Source: Veleropilina oligotropha (taxonomy: Eukaryota). Taken from it: a DNA stretch of 64,000 nucleotides. The notes beneath the pieces were generated by a model. It was not told where the DNA came from. It was given only the letters and a program-made list of their open reading frames with translations, and did not search any database. Shown here piece after piece: positions 39,896 to 48,441 of this stretch (the stretch's first letter is position 1; every line of letters starts with the position of its first letter). Both the position numbers and the translations under genes were made by a program. The DNA is taken from assembly GCA_048128005.1 (NCBI GenBank), contig JBEUKZ010000127.1, positions 434,001-498,000 of the forward strand, given 5' to 3'.

Positions 39896-40149
39896 CAGCA
39901 ATGTATTCCAGTAAACTGATCAGTCTCCAACAGGCTTCAGCTTCCGGAGCCGGTCGCTGCGCAGTCGTCGCCCGTAGGTTGGTCGGGCCCGAGAGCACCA
40001 GGACCGCGAACCGCACCATAGTCTTTTCGTCGCGGCGCCAGCAGTTGAGTAACGTAGTACTATAGCCGACCGCAAGCATAGCGCAGTACAGCTCTTCTGG
40101 GAGCCCCATTACTATACATGCCAACGAAAAAAATGTCCACTGGAAATAA

Positions 40150-40578
40150 TTAGGCGAGCTTGTAGGCGACCAACCCGGTCGCAGCCATCCCCAGGATGAT
40201 GAAGGTGATCTCACGTCCCTTCTGGCCATCGCTCGGTGTGTAGTAGTCAGACAGGGCGGGCTCAGGGCCACCCCCCAGGTCGGGGTCAAGGTTCTTGCCG
40301 GTGATCAATGCATACTCACGGATCGCGGCGTCAACATCCCGGAATGTGCCAACGGCATGACCCTGGCGGCGAAGTTCAACGTTCAGCCAGTCGAGACGCT
40401 CTGCCCTCTGTTGTGACCATTTAGTCTGAGCAGCGTTGAGCTGTTCTACAGCAATGTCGTGGCGTTTACGCTCCGCATCGACACCGGAGCTGCGTAGCTT
40501 CGAGAAGAGGAAGTTGGAGCCGCTGAAGGCGAGGGCGTTGACGAGAGCGCCCCCAACCAGCATCGCAATGGAAGCCAT
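40150..40578 (-). CDS. Viral membrane protein (hydrophobic N- and C-termini, helical middle)
   Basis: MASIAMLVGGALVNALAFSG...ITFIILGMAATGLVAYKLA; ATG at 40578. Confidence 0.75.
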   Translation of the reverse strand: MASIAMLVGGALVNALAFSGSNFLFSKLRSSGVDAERKRHDIAVEQLNAAQTKWSQQRAERLDWLNVELRRQGHAVGTFRDVDAAIREYALITGKNLDPDLGGGPEPALSDYYTPSDGQKGREITFIILGMAATGLVAYKLA

Positions 40579-40609
40579 TGAAATGCTGCGATTATCTAGC
40601 AAGGTCCCA

Positions 40610-40849
40610 CTACTTCAATATATCGGCCGGAATGATGCCTTGCTTGATCAGCATGTCTTTCGTCGCCATGGCGAGCGCTACGTCGAGGACGACCATCCCG
40701 ACATCGTAGCCCGTGAAGTCCAGTTTGGGGCTCGCTCCCTTGAATACCATCTTTGTCAGGCGTGCGTAGCCTATGGCGAGGCCTGACACTATAGCGGCGT
40801 GGTATACAGCGTTGCCGAGCATCTTTCCATCAGTGATTGGGGTAGTCAT
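40610..40849 (-). CDS. Small hydrophobic viral protein (79 aa)
   Basis: Two hydrophobic segments; tiles the minus-strand gene block. Confidence 0.7.
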   Translation of the reverse strand: MTTPITDGKMLGNAVYHAAIVSGLAIGYARLTKMVFKGASPKLDFTGYDVGMVVLDVALAMATKDMLIKQGIIPADILK

Positions 40850-40874
40850 AACTGTTGATTAGTACCGTTTGCGA

Positions 40875-41366
40875 CTATTGCATATGAAAAGGGTTCTGCT
40901 TCTTCAATTCGATAGTGGGGGCGGCCCGAGAGCACCGAGCGTCCGCGTCTGGTGGCTGTTGATGTGGTGTGGATGGACCAGGGTTGCTGCGTTCTGAGGA
41001 CGTCTTCCAGACAACAAATACCAACGCAACCGTACCGGCAGCGACGGCTACCTGGGTCCAATTAAATAGGTCCGATTTCCGTGTATCTGGCGCACGCGGT
41101 CTTTCTGCGGCTGGAACCGCCTCCCCGGGCTGTTCTGATGGAACGACAACACTTGTTGGGGCACTCAGGTCTTCTTTCATTTTTCGAACCGCGGCCAGTA
41201 GCTTCTCCTGCTTGGCTTTTCGAGCAGCAGCGCCGGCCCTCCCTGCAGCCACTTTTTTCGGGTCCTTTTTACTCACTGATGAGTCCGTCGAAGAAGTCAC
41301 CCTCTCTATCGGCTGGCTCTCGATCGGCTGTCTCTCGATCACTTGGTCCACTTCCGGCGTTGTCAT
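40875..41366 (-). CDS. Viral protein with basic helix and one TM segment
   Basis: KKDPKKVAAGRAGAAARKAK; VAVAAGTVALVFVVW; likely start MTTPEV at 41366 (alternative ATG at 41396). Confidence 0.7.
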   Translation of the reverse strand: MTTPEVDQVIERQPIESQPIERVTSSTDSSVSKKDPKKVAAGRAGAAARKAKQEKLLAAVRKMKEDLSAPTSVVVPSEQPGEAVPAAERPRAPDTRKSDLFNWTQVAVAAGTVALVFVVWKTSSERSNPGPSTPHQQPPDADARCSRAAPTIELKKQNPFHMQ

Positions 41367-42024
41367 CTTGATCTGGTATCTTAGGCGGGCAAACATGTCC
41401 AAATTGGCAGTGCTTAGCCGTGGTCAACGCTGCGGTCAGCGGTGCGAGGTACATGCCATATTTATAATACAGCTCACAGCTTGCAGTGGTCAGGGCATGT
41501 GAGATGAACGGGTCGGCCTCCAGGTCGGCGATCAGTCGTAGCTGGTTTGCTGGTGGAATGGGCAGGAACATCCCAGCTGCCCCCGCATAGAGATGAATAG
41601 CTGAAGTCCCCAGAGTCTTCGTCACATCGGCACCGAGTTTCGCTTCATACCTCGCGTGGTGCTTTTCGACCTCGTCGTCAGTCATGTCGTCTATCCGGTC
41701 CACTGTGAGGTTACGCCCCATGTATCGGTGGGCCTGTCCTCCAACGGCTAAGGCTGCAAGCCTCTCACGCTTTGCCGCGCAAACGGAACTTGCGACTCCA
41801 CTGTTACTGACAGGTTCCTTGCCATCGGGAGTCAAGCGACAGCTGTTGATGGTCGTTTCTTGTTCGTCATCCATGAGTTGATCGATGAGGCTGTCCATCC
41901 TGAAGCGTTTCCAGCATCGCCTCACCGGTCTAATGTAACTGTAAATCCAATACCACAATGTAGCGAGTAGGAGCAAGATCAGGCTCTGGCTGAAAGCAAA
42001 AGCTAGATATACAGCGTCCGACAT
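41269..42024 (-). CDS. Hypothetical viral protein (251 aa)
   Basis: Long ORF in the minus-strand block; N-terminal hydrophobic stretch; true start may be the internal MDSLID. Confidence 0.7.
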   Translation of the reverse strand: MSDAVYLAFAFSQSLILLLLATLWYWIYSYIRPVRRCWKRFRMDSLIDQLMDDEQETTINSCRLTPDGKEPVSNSGVASSVCAAKRERLAALAVGGQAHRYMGRNLTVDRIDDMTDDEVEKHHARYEAKLGADVTKTLGTSAIHLYAGAAGMFLPIPPANQLRLIADLEADPFISHALTTASCELYYKYGMYLAPLTAALTTAKHCQFGHVCPPKIPDQDDNAGSGPSDRETADREPADREGDFFDGLISE

Positions 42025-42085
42025 GCTGGGTAGATGCTCAGTAGACTACAGCTTGCTGGGTAGATGCTCAGTAGACTACAGCTTG

Positions 42086-42718
42086 CTACAGCACACTATA
42101 AGCAACGGGCTGATCAGTTTTCAACAGAAGCTTAGCGTGTCGTGTCTCGGCCAACAGCCGGCGAACCTCGGTCCGTTCATCCTGCGACGGGATTACATCG
42201 TTCTCGCGCAGACAGTCCTCGAAACTGTCGCGGTCCTTGCAATGGAACAGCGCGACCCAGCGGGTCTGCTCTCTGAGCTCCTTCAAGACCGAGTTGTACT
42301 TTTGCGTCACTACCCATACGCTCTGGGAAGCATGCCTGCCGCTGAAGGCCAACAAAGTCAGCATGTCCCTCCTCTTTGCCATAGCCTTGCTCGCGGCGCA
42401 GTCGTCGATGATATATAAAGTTGATTCCCCCTGAAACAGTCGGTAGAACCCCCGCAGCCAGTCATGGAGTCGCTCACCCGGGGGGACTAAATACACCTCA
42501 GGGTCGGTCCAGATCCACGGACAAGACTGGTATGCTTTGTTGTACTTGATCGTGGGGCAGAGGACCACGATATGCCGGAAGACGCCTCGATACTCCCCTT
42601 CCAGCAGTTCAAGCATGAAAACCGTCTTCCCACAGCCCGTCTGGCCGCATATGATTGCGGAGTGGGGGTCCTTGGTGTGCGGAAATCGTTTAGTACAGTG
42701 CTTCGACGAATCGGCCAT
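42086..42718 (-). CDS. A32-like (FtsK-HerA) genome packaging ATPase
   Basis: Walker A GQTGCGKT, Walker B YIIDD, arginine finger GRH, VVTQ motif. Confidence 0.92.
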   Translation of the reverse strand: MADSSKHCTKRFPHTKDPHSAIICGQTGCGKTVFMLELLEGEYRGVFRHIVVLCPTIKYNKAYQSCPWIWTDPEVYLVPPGERLHDWLRGFYRLFQGESTLYIIDDCAASKAMAKRRDMLTLLAFSGRHASQSVWVVTQKYNSVLKELREQTRWVALFHCKDRDSFEDCLRENDVIPSQDERTEVRRLLAETRHAKLLLKTDQPVAYSVL

Positions 42719-43991
42719 TCTCGATATTCAGCTGTGCGTCCATGATCACGAACTCGTAGACGTTCAGTGGACCGGCCGCTTCGGCTGTTTTAGTGATCTG
42801 AATAGTAATGCCTTCGCTGGCGTTCTCGACCCTCCGGCCTGACCCGTGCAACTGATCGTCGTCAGTTACCCGCATATCGATCCAGAGCGCAAATTTCTTA
42901 GTCAGAAATTCGCCCAGGGTGACGTCTGCCATCTCCAAGTCCTTTGCGACCATCGCGACCTCAGGATGCCGCTTGCTGCAGCCGGAGGCGAACATTTTCT
43001 TGGCTTCTTCCCAGATCTGGTATGTTCGCATGCCCTGGCTGTAGATTTGATTCGGGACACCCTCGATTGTGACCTCGACCTTTGTGATCTTCGGATTATA
43101 GAAGGCCTCAGTATCGCGAGAGAATGGCGCGGCGTCTCTCGCAGGGTCCTCGAACAACAGTAGTATTCCTTTCATCGACCTCGCCGGTACGTTCACATTC
43201 ATATTCCACAACGAGTCGCTCTTGTCTAGGGTGAGCTTCCGATGCCGGAGAACACGGTCGTACAGGATTACGAGTTGACCCTGGTATTGATTTCGAATCC
43301 GTCTGGCAAGCTCGGATTGGGTTACCATGTCATATTCGAGGGATATATTGTCGATGGAATAGCTGGAACCGGAGTCGTCCGTCTCCCGGATAGTCCGGGA
43401 GTAGTCGTTGAACGTTAGCTCATACTCGAGACGGTCTCCAAGGGCGCTTTGATAGAATGGCATGTGACTTTCCAACAGCTCGAAATCCAGCGGGATGCGG
43501 AATCGGTTACCGTACGCGGCCGCGACCGCGACATCCTCAGACAGTCTAAAGGCGTCTGCCGCACCAACACGATGCTTCGTAGTGTTGTGCCCATCGCTGG
43601 TATCAATCCCCTGGTACTGGGCGTTCTTGCGCTCCCCGGTGGTCTTCCAGAGATCGCAGTAGCAGTGGTACACGTCGGAGTCGTCAATCGACATGATCTC
43701 GTTTCCACTTATCTTTATCGTGGTCTTTCTGATCACGGCACGGCCGATATTTTGCACTACAGTCCTATTCGCATTTACCGAGGTCAGTGAGATGGTAAAT
43801 GCAAGGTGGGCAGTCCCTGGAACGATCACGTCATTCGCCCCGAGATTAGGGAACCGAACCAGGAGCTGCTGGTTCGGGGCAATCGTTGATGGATTGTTTG
43901 TAATCGTGACCGACTGGCGGATGCCCTTGACTGCGAGGGGCTCACGCAGCCTGCGGTATGGATTAAGCTTGCGTCCGTATACGCTAGTCAT
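42690..43991 (-). CDS. Probable double-jelly-roll major capsid protein (433 aa)
   Basis: Size, beta-strand periodicity (TIKISGNEIMSID, FRIPLDFELL, LEYELTF, VEVTIEG) and adjacency to the ATPase; first ATG at 43991; fold is inferred. Confidence 0.8.
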   Translation of the reverse strand: MTSVYGRKLNPYRRLREPLAVKGIRQSVTITNNPSTIAPNQQLLVRFPNLGANDVIVPGTAHLAFTISLTSVNANRTVVQNIGRAVIRKTTIKISGNEIMSIDDSDVYHCYCDLWKTTGERKNAQYQGIDTSDGHNTTKHRVGAADAFRLSEDVAVAAAYGNRFRIPLDFELLESHMPFYQSALGDRLEYELTFNDYSRTIRETDDSGSSYSIDNISLEYDMVTQSELARRIRNQYQGQLVILYDRVLRHRKLTLDKSDSLWNMNVNVPARSMKGILLLFEDPARDAAPFSRDTEAFYNPKITKVEVTIEGVPNQIYSQGMRTYQIWEEAKKMFASGCSKRHPEVAMVAKDLEMADVTLGEFLTKKFALWIDMRVTDDDQLHGSGRRVENASEGITIQITKTAEAAGPLNVYEFVIMDAQLNIENGRFVEALY

Positions 43992-44027
43992 GGCTGAATT
44001 AGATGCGTATCCCACTGATGTATTCAA

Positions 44028-45344
44028 ATGGCGGAATTCGAGAACCCCGCATTCGAGCCGGACGATCTCATCGACAACGATGATACCATCATCGACGATA
44101 CTGATGTGGATCTATCCACCGACCGGTTTATGCCTGTTCTTTCGGAACGGCCACAGGAAGGAACCAGCAGTCTTCAGCAAGAGCTCGTTCAGGGCGTAGT
44201 TGACGACTACTACAAAGCCCTGGCACAGGAGGGGCAGACCCCAGCCGCAGGGCGAGATTATTCAAAATTCAAGTATGTGAGGGGAAAATTAGGGAGGGGG
44301 GGAAAATTGGTGATGACGGACTACCCCGACATCAATCTCATAAATTCTCGCACCGGCAACCCCTTGGCGTTATCAACAATAGCTGGCCGGCCTGGTGGGG
44401 GTGATGCCATCCGAGATCTGGGTTTTGTAAACTGGAAGCGGGTAGGGGGACGACAAAAGCCGTCCTCAAAAGCGGTTGCAGCTCTTCAGACAGCCGACAA
44501 CGAGTTGAGCGGTGCGGCCGCTAATGTCGAAAACGTAGAACTGCGGGACTTGGGGCAGACTGCTACTGATGCCTCGGTAGCAATCCACACGATGGAGACG
44601 AAATTCACTGATACCGAGGTTGAAGAGATCTTAGGCACAATGGGGGACCCTCCATTAAATCTTCGCGAGCTTCGCGGACTTGACAAGGCGATGCAGACCA
44701 TCCGAGGCGAACTCACCAACAATCTAGCCAAACTAACGGCGCAGGACGAACACATAGAGCTGGAGAAGATGAAGCTCGATCAGGCAGATGAAGAGGGCGG
44801 TGTGGATGAGTGCATCCGTCGACGGATAGCGGAACGTCTGCGCGACCTGAATGATGAAAGAGCAGCTCGCCTAGAGGCAGCATCATCAAGCCGGGAGGCC
44901 CTTCGCTCTCAAATCAGCCGGATCCGAGAGATGATAAGTCGGATCCTGAACACCGACACAACGCTGGCCGAGCGTATCCGGACCCTGTTCCGCGAGCAAG
45001 GGGTCACGATCGCAACAATACTCACCGCTATCGGGCTCGCCATCTCGACTTTGGTACTAGCCCTGACAGGTGGAGCAACAAGCCCGCCAACGCCACCACC
45101 ACCTCCCAGTGGTCAGGGCGGGGTCAAGGAGTGGGTAAAAAAGCAGCTGAAGACCCTGGGTCGGATTCTGGGCAAGCTAGCAGGGAAGGCCGCAGCCGTG
45201 CTCCCAGGAATACTTGGAAGCCTGGTCTCCTGGCTAATCAACCTGATTGGCAAGACAGCATCGTGGCTCGCTGAAAACCTATGGGCACTGGTCATATCAG
45301 TTGGGGGCTTGCTTCTTATTGCCGCTAGACAGTGGGTCACGTAA
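44028..45344 (+). CDS. Coiled-coil protein with C-terminal hydrophobic and amphipathic helices (438 aa)
   Basis: Acidic N-terminus, heptad-rich middle, TM-like segment, poly-Pro, then VKEWVKKQLKTLGRILGKLAGKAA and further hydrophobic helices. Confidence 0.8.
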   Translation: MAEFENPAFEPDDLIDNDDTIIDDTDVDLSTDRFMPVLSERPQEGTSSLQQELVQGVVDDYYKALAQEGQTPAAGRDYSKFKYVRGKLGRGGKLVMTDYPDINLINSRTGNPLALSTIAGRPGGGDAIRDLGFVNWKRVGGRQKPSSKAVAALQTADNELSGAAANVENVELRDLGQTATDASVAIHTMETKFTDTEVEEILGTMGDPPLNLRELRGLDKAMQTIRGELTNNLAKLTAQDEHIELEKMKLDQADEEGGVDECIRRRIAERLRDLNDERAARLEAASSSREALRSQISRIREMISRILNTDTTLAERIRTLFREQGVTIATILTAIGLAISTLVLALTGGATSPPTPPPPPSGQGGVKEWVKKQLKTLGRILGKLAGKAAAVLPGILGSLVSWLINLIGKTASWLAENLWALVISVGGLLLIAARQWVT

Positions 45345-46620
45345 GCCAAATGAACGCTAGGCCAACGACAATGCCGCCCACGATAAGTGCGGTTTTCTCC
45401 TCGTCATGTGCCGCTGGAACAGCCGCCACTGAGGCCACAGCTGGCAGAGAGCTTGGATGCTTCGGAGTAACTACCGGTATGCTTGCATCTGCGTCTTGTG
45501 GAATAACCAGTCCTGTTTCTCCAGTATCCCCAGTGGCGTTGGGCGGCACAGGATTGGCCGCGTTCACCGTAGTATTAAGACCGAGTGTCTGGTCTTCCGT
45601 GGCGACGACGATCTCATTGTTATAACCAGCCACCTGCCCGATCCGTAGAAGCATGTTACTTGGCGCCATGTACAGGCCAACGCCGAATACGAAGTCCACT
45701 TTGGACCTCGCATACTGGAGCACCTCTTGGTACCGTTTGATGGCTGCTGGGAGGTCAACGGGGGATGCGATGGCGTCTTCCACGTTCGCCAGGAACTGTT
45801 TCTGTGCGTCAAACGCCGTCCCACTACCCAGAATACTTGCACGCATTTGAGCCTGCGCTCCAAGAATAGCCCAGACGTAGGTCCTGATGGAATCATTGAG
45901 CCTTTCCACGCCGGCCCTCGTGAATCCCACCGACCTGTCCAGAATAAAAGTAGCCCAACCGTTTTTAAGTGCAGGCGCTTGCGCGATGTAGTCCACGTGC
46001 AGATTCGTGTTGGTCGTACCTTTGGTGAAGGACATTCGGCTTGGATCATAGTCACGTCCGATGGGGTGGTAGCCGTTGTTCGTCCAGTAGCTGTAAGCGG
46101 TGCCTAGTCCGCCGTTGGGACCCTTGACACGCCAGTCGGTATGGGGAGACACCCCAAATTCGCTGCAGATCTTCTCATATGCCCTGCGGTCATACGGGTT
46201 GTCGAATGCATCCCACGTCCGGTCCTGTGGCAGCGGCGCCTGAATTTCGGATAAGATTCGTCTGACCTGATAGTAGACGTGGAAGGTGAATACAGCAGTG
46301 GAGAGGGGGTCGGTCGCATTTAAGTGGTCTTCTGAGGAGATTCCGGAACCTGTTGTGGCACACCAAACTGCGAAATTGACCTTGTTCTGCCAGAACCTCA
46401 TCGGCGTGCTGTTCCAATCCCTTATCAGCCCGTCACTAGCGACATGAGGGAGGCGGTATTTCTGAAAGACGTCAGGGTATGTTGCCCCGAATGTAGTGGT
46501 TGAGCTATTACCCACATTGATGCTTGGTCTCGTAAGCTGCTCATCTTTGATCTTTGCTGGGTACACCACACCGGTCGGATAGGCCGCACTCCTATTAAAC
46601 GCAAAGGCGCTCTTAGCCAT
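45337..46620 (-). CDS. Hypothetical viral protein with C-terminal membrane anchor (427 aa)
   Basis: Long ORF; Pro/Ala/Thr-rich linker then ALIVGGIVVGLAFIWLT. Confidence 0.8.
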   Translation of the reverse strand: MAKSAFAFNRSAAYPTGVVYPAKIKDEQLTRPSINVGNSSTTTFGATYPDVFQKYRLPHVASDGLIRDWNSTPMRFWQNKVNFAVWCATTGSGISSEDHLNATDPLSTAVFTFHVYYQVRRILSEIQAPLPQDRTWDAFDNPYDRRAYEKICSEFGVSPHTDWRVKGPNGGLGTAYSYWTNNGYHPIGRDYDPSRMSFTKGTTNTNLHVDYIAQAPALKNGWATFILDRSVGFTRAGVERLNDSIRTYVWAILGAQAQMRASILGSGTAFDAQKQFLANVEDAIASPVDLPAAIKRYQEVLQYARSKVDFVFGVGLYMAPSNMLLRIGQVAGYNNEIVVATEDQTLGLNTTVNAANPVPPNATGDTGETGLVIPQDADASIPVVTPKHPSSLPAVASVAAVPAAHDEEKTALIVGGIVVGLAFIWLT

Positions 46621-46627
46621 AGCTACT

Positions 46628-47368
46628 ATGTTTCACACATTAACAAACGTTCAAGAGGGGACCGCGGTTGCCCTCCTGGAGCCGATTGATAACCGGGACG
46701 GCAAGCTATGTGTCAGCTTGCAGTCGCTCGACTATTGGGTAGGCTGGCACAACGTGCATGCCGGAGCCTTCTTTAAGACACCGGATACCACGGTCGACGT
46801 GGCACCAGGTTTCTACAGCTTCGATGACCTCGCCAAGACGATGAAGAGGTCGCTAGTTAACCTACAACTAGATGTAAGCCATGCTACAGGGCTCGCCCGA
46901 ATCGTGGTCCCAGAGGGGACTCGACTCGCGATAAGCGACGATATACGAAAACTCCTCGGCTTAGACCTCTCTTCGTTTATTCTCGATAAAGCAGGGAATC
47001 TGAACCAACCGGTTCGGGGAGTACAGGGCCAACCACCTCCCCCTCCGGAGAGATCCGAGTGGCTACGCCCTGGGACTTATGACGGGAATAAGCCTGTCGG
47101 GTTTGCCATAGCGCCAACCCTGCACGTCCACCTGGAGCAGCTTAGTACAACGCACAATGTGAAGGACGGCGCCCCGAGCACTATTCTCGCGGTGGTCCCT
47201 ATCACGTCGCAGATGTTCGGTGAAGCTGGCCACTATCATAGCTATCCCACCGGCCGGCGACTACAGGCCGGGCTAATCACAGAGTTGAAGGTGTACGTCA
47301 CAGACGCAGACAGTAACCCGATCGACAATCACGGCATGCCCATTACCGCAGTCCTTGCGATACAATGA
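46628..47368 (+). CDS. Probable minor capsid protein (penton, single jelly roll)
   Basis: C-terminal pattern STILAVVPI...ITELKVYVTDADSNPIDNHGMPITAVLAI typical of Polinton-type pentons; 246 aa. Confidence 0.78.
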   Translation: MFHTLTNVQEGTAVALLEPIDNRDGKLCVSLQSLDYWVGWHNVHAGAFFKTPDTTVDVAPGFYSFDDLAKTMKRSLVNLQLDVSHATGLARIVVPEGTRLAISDDIRKLLGLDLSSFILDKAGNLNQPVRGVQGQPPPPPERSEWLRPGTYDGNKPVGFAIAPTLHVHLEQLSTTHNVKDGAPSTILAVVPITSQMFGEAGHYHSYPTGRRLQAGLITELKVYVTDADSNPIDNHGMPITAVLAIQ

Positions 47369-47727
47369 GCAGCATCTACGGGACCCTCCCCCTACCCCTG
47401 CTTGCAGATGAGCCCTCTTCCCCCCCGACCCGGTGGCACTTTGTCCTTAATTGTGGGGCAGCGCCCAATAAGGGGCTGGCGAGGAGGGAGTTCATGTTTC
47501 CAAACACTAGAGGTCGGTTCGGGTTGAACCCAGCCCTTCTAATGATCCACCTGACGCCGGTCCAGCCGGCCGGGGGCCCCAAGGCATGTTCCATAAGTAA
47601 ACTCAGCCTGGATTCGGATAAGTTAACCCTCGCCTTTGTCATCAAGGCCCCGTGGGTCGGCACTCTGTATTTGAACGTTACAGTAGACATTTTAAACAAA
47701 CAGGCAGAACAATACAGCCACGTATGA
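47365..47727 (+). CDS. Hypothetical viral protein (120 aa)
   Basis: ATGA start/stop overlaps with both neighbouring genes. Confidence 0.65.
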   Translation: MSSIYGTLPLPLLADEPSSPPTRWHFVLNCGAAPNKGLARREFMFPNTRGRFGLNPALLMIHLTPVQPAGGPKACSISKLSLDSDKLTLAFVIKAPWVGTLYLNVTVDILNKQAEQYSHV

Positions 47728-48359
47728 TGGACAACAAACCCTCAGCGCCAACGCTGTACCCACAGCTTGGTGGCGATGTGCCTTCGGAACTGCATGAGGC
47801 ACAGTCTTTCCGACTACAGAAAGTGAATGAGCTTCAGGGACAGCTAGAGCGAGAACGGGACACACGGGCTGCATTATATAAAAAGTACCGACGAGGTGTT
47901 AACGTCGTTGACGGTATAGATAACGGACTAGTCGTCGCCACACTTGGTATGGGTAGAGCTGGAATTGGTCTACTGTCCACAATTGTAGCCGCCCCGGTCG
48001 TCCTAGTGCTGGAATTAGCGGCATTAGGGTGTGGGCTCGCCAGTATGGGTGGGAAATATATCAGCCGGCGCCTCGGGGTGAAGGCTAAGAAACACGACGA
48101 GATTCGAGTCCTGGCCGACAGCAAGCTGAATACCATAACCGACCACGTCTCAAAGGCATTATCGGACGGGGTGATGTCTGATGATGAATTCCAACTGGTC
48201 ACAGGGGAGATGGAGAAATACCAAGCCATGAAGGCATCAATCCGGGATAAGAGTAGGAAGGCGCACACCGCGATTTCACAGACCCAAAGCGAGCTTATTG
48301 AGCGAGGTTGTTTAGAGGGTCACGCAGAGCTGCTGAAAAAAATCGGAGCTGGCGACTAA
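47724..48359 (+). CDS. Helical viral protein with central hydrophobic hairpin (211 aa)
   Basis: FRLQKVNEL..E..R..LYKKYRR, two Gly/Ala-rich hydrophobic helices, KKHDEI..A.SKL.TI..VSKAL.DG.MSD.EF; PSAP near the N-terminus. Confidence 0.8.
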   Translation: MMDNKPSAPTLYPQLGGDVPSELHEAQSFRLQKVNELQGQLERERDTRAALYKKYRRGVNVVDGIDNGLVVATLGMGRAGIGLLSTIVAAPVVLVLELAALGCGLASMGGKYISRRLGVKAKKHDEIRVLADSKLNTITDHVSKALSDGVMSDDEFQLVTGEMEKYQAMKASIRDKSRKAHTAISQTQSELIERGCLEGHAELLKKIGAGD

Positions 48360-48441
48360 CTATCCAGGTTGAGCGTAGCCACGACTACCCCGCTCCTCCC
48401 CCGTATTAAAGCTAGAAATCGACAGTGATATCTGGACAACC

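Noticed and set aside
39888..40109. Possible 73-aa gene upstream of the integrase (MGLPEEL...)
   Set aside because: Fills a gap in the minus-strand block but has no supporting motif; left unannotated
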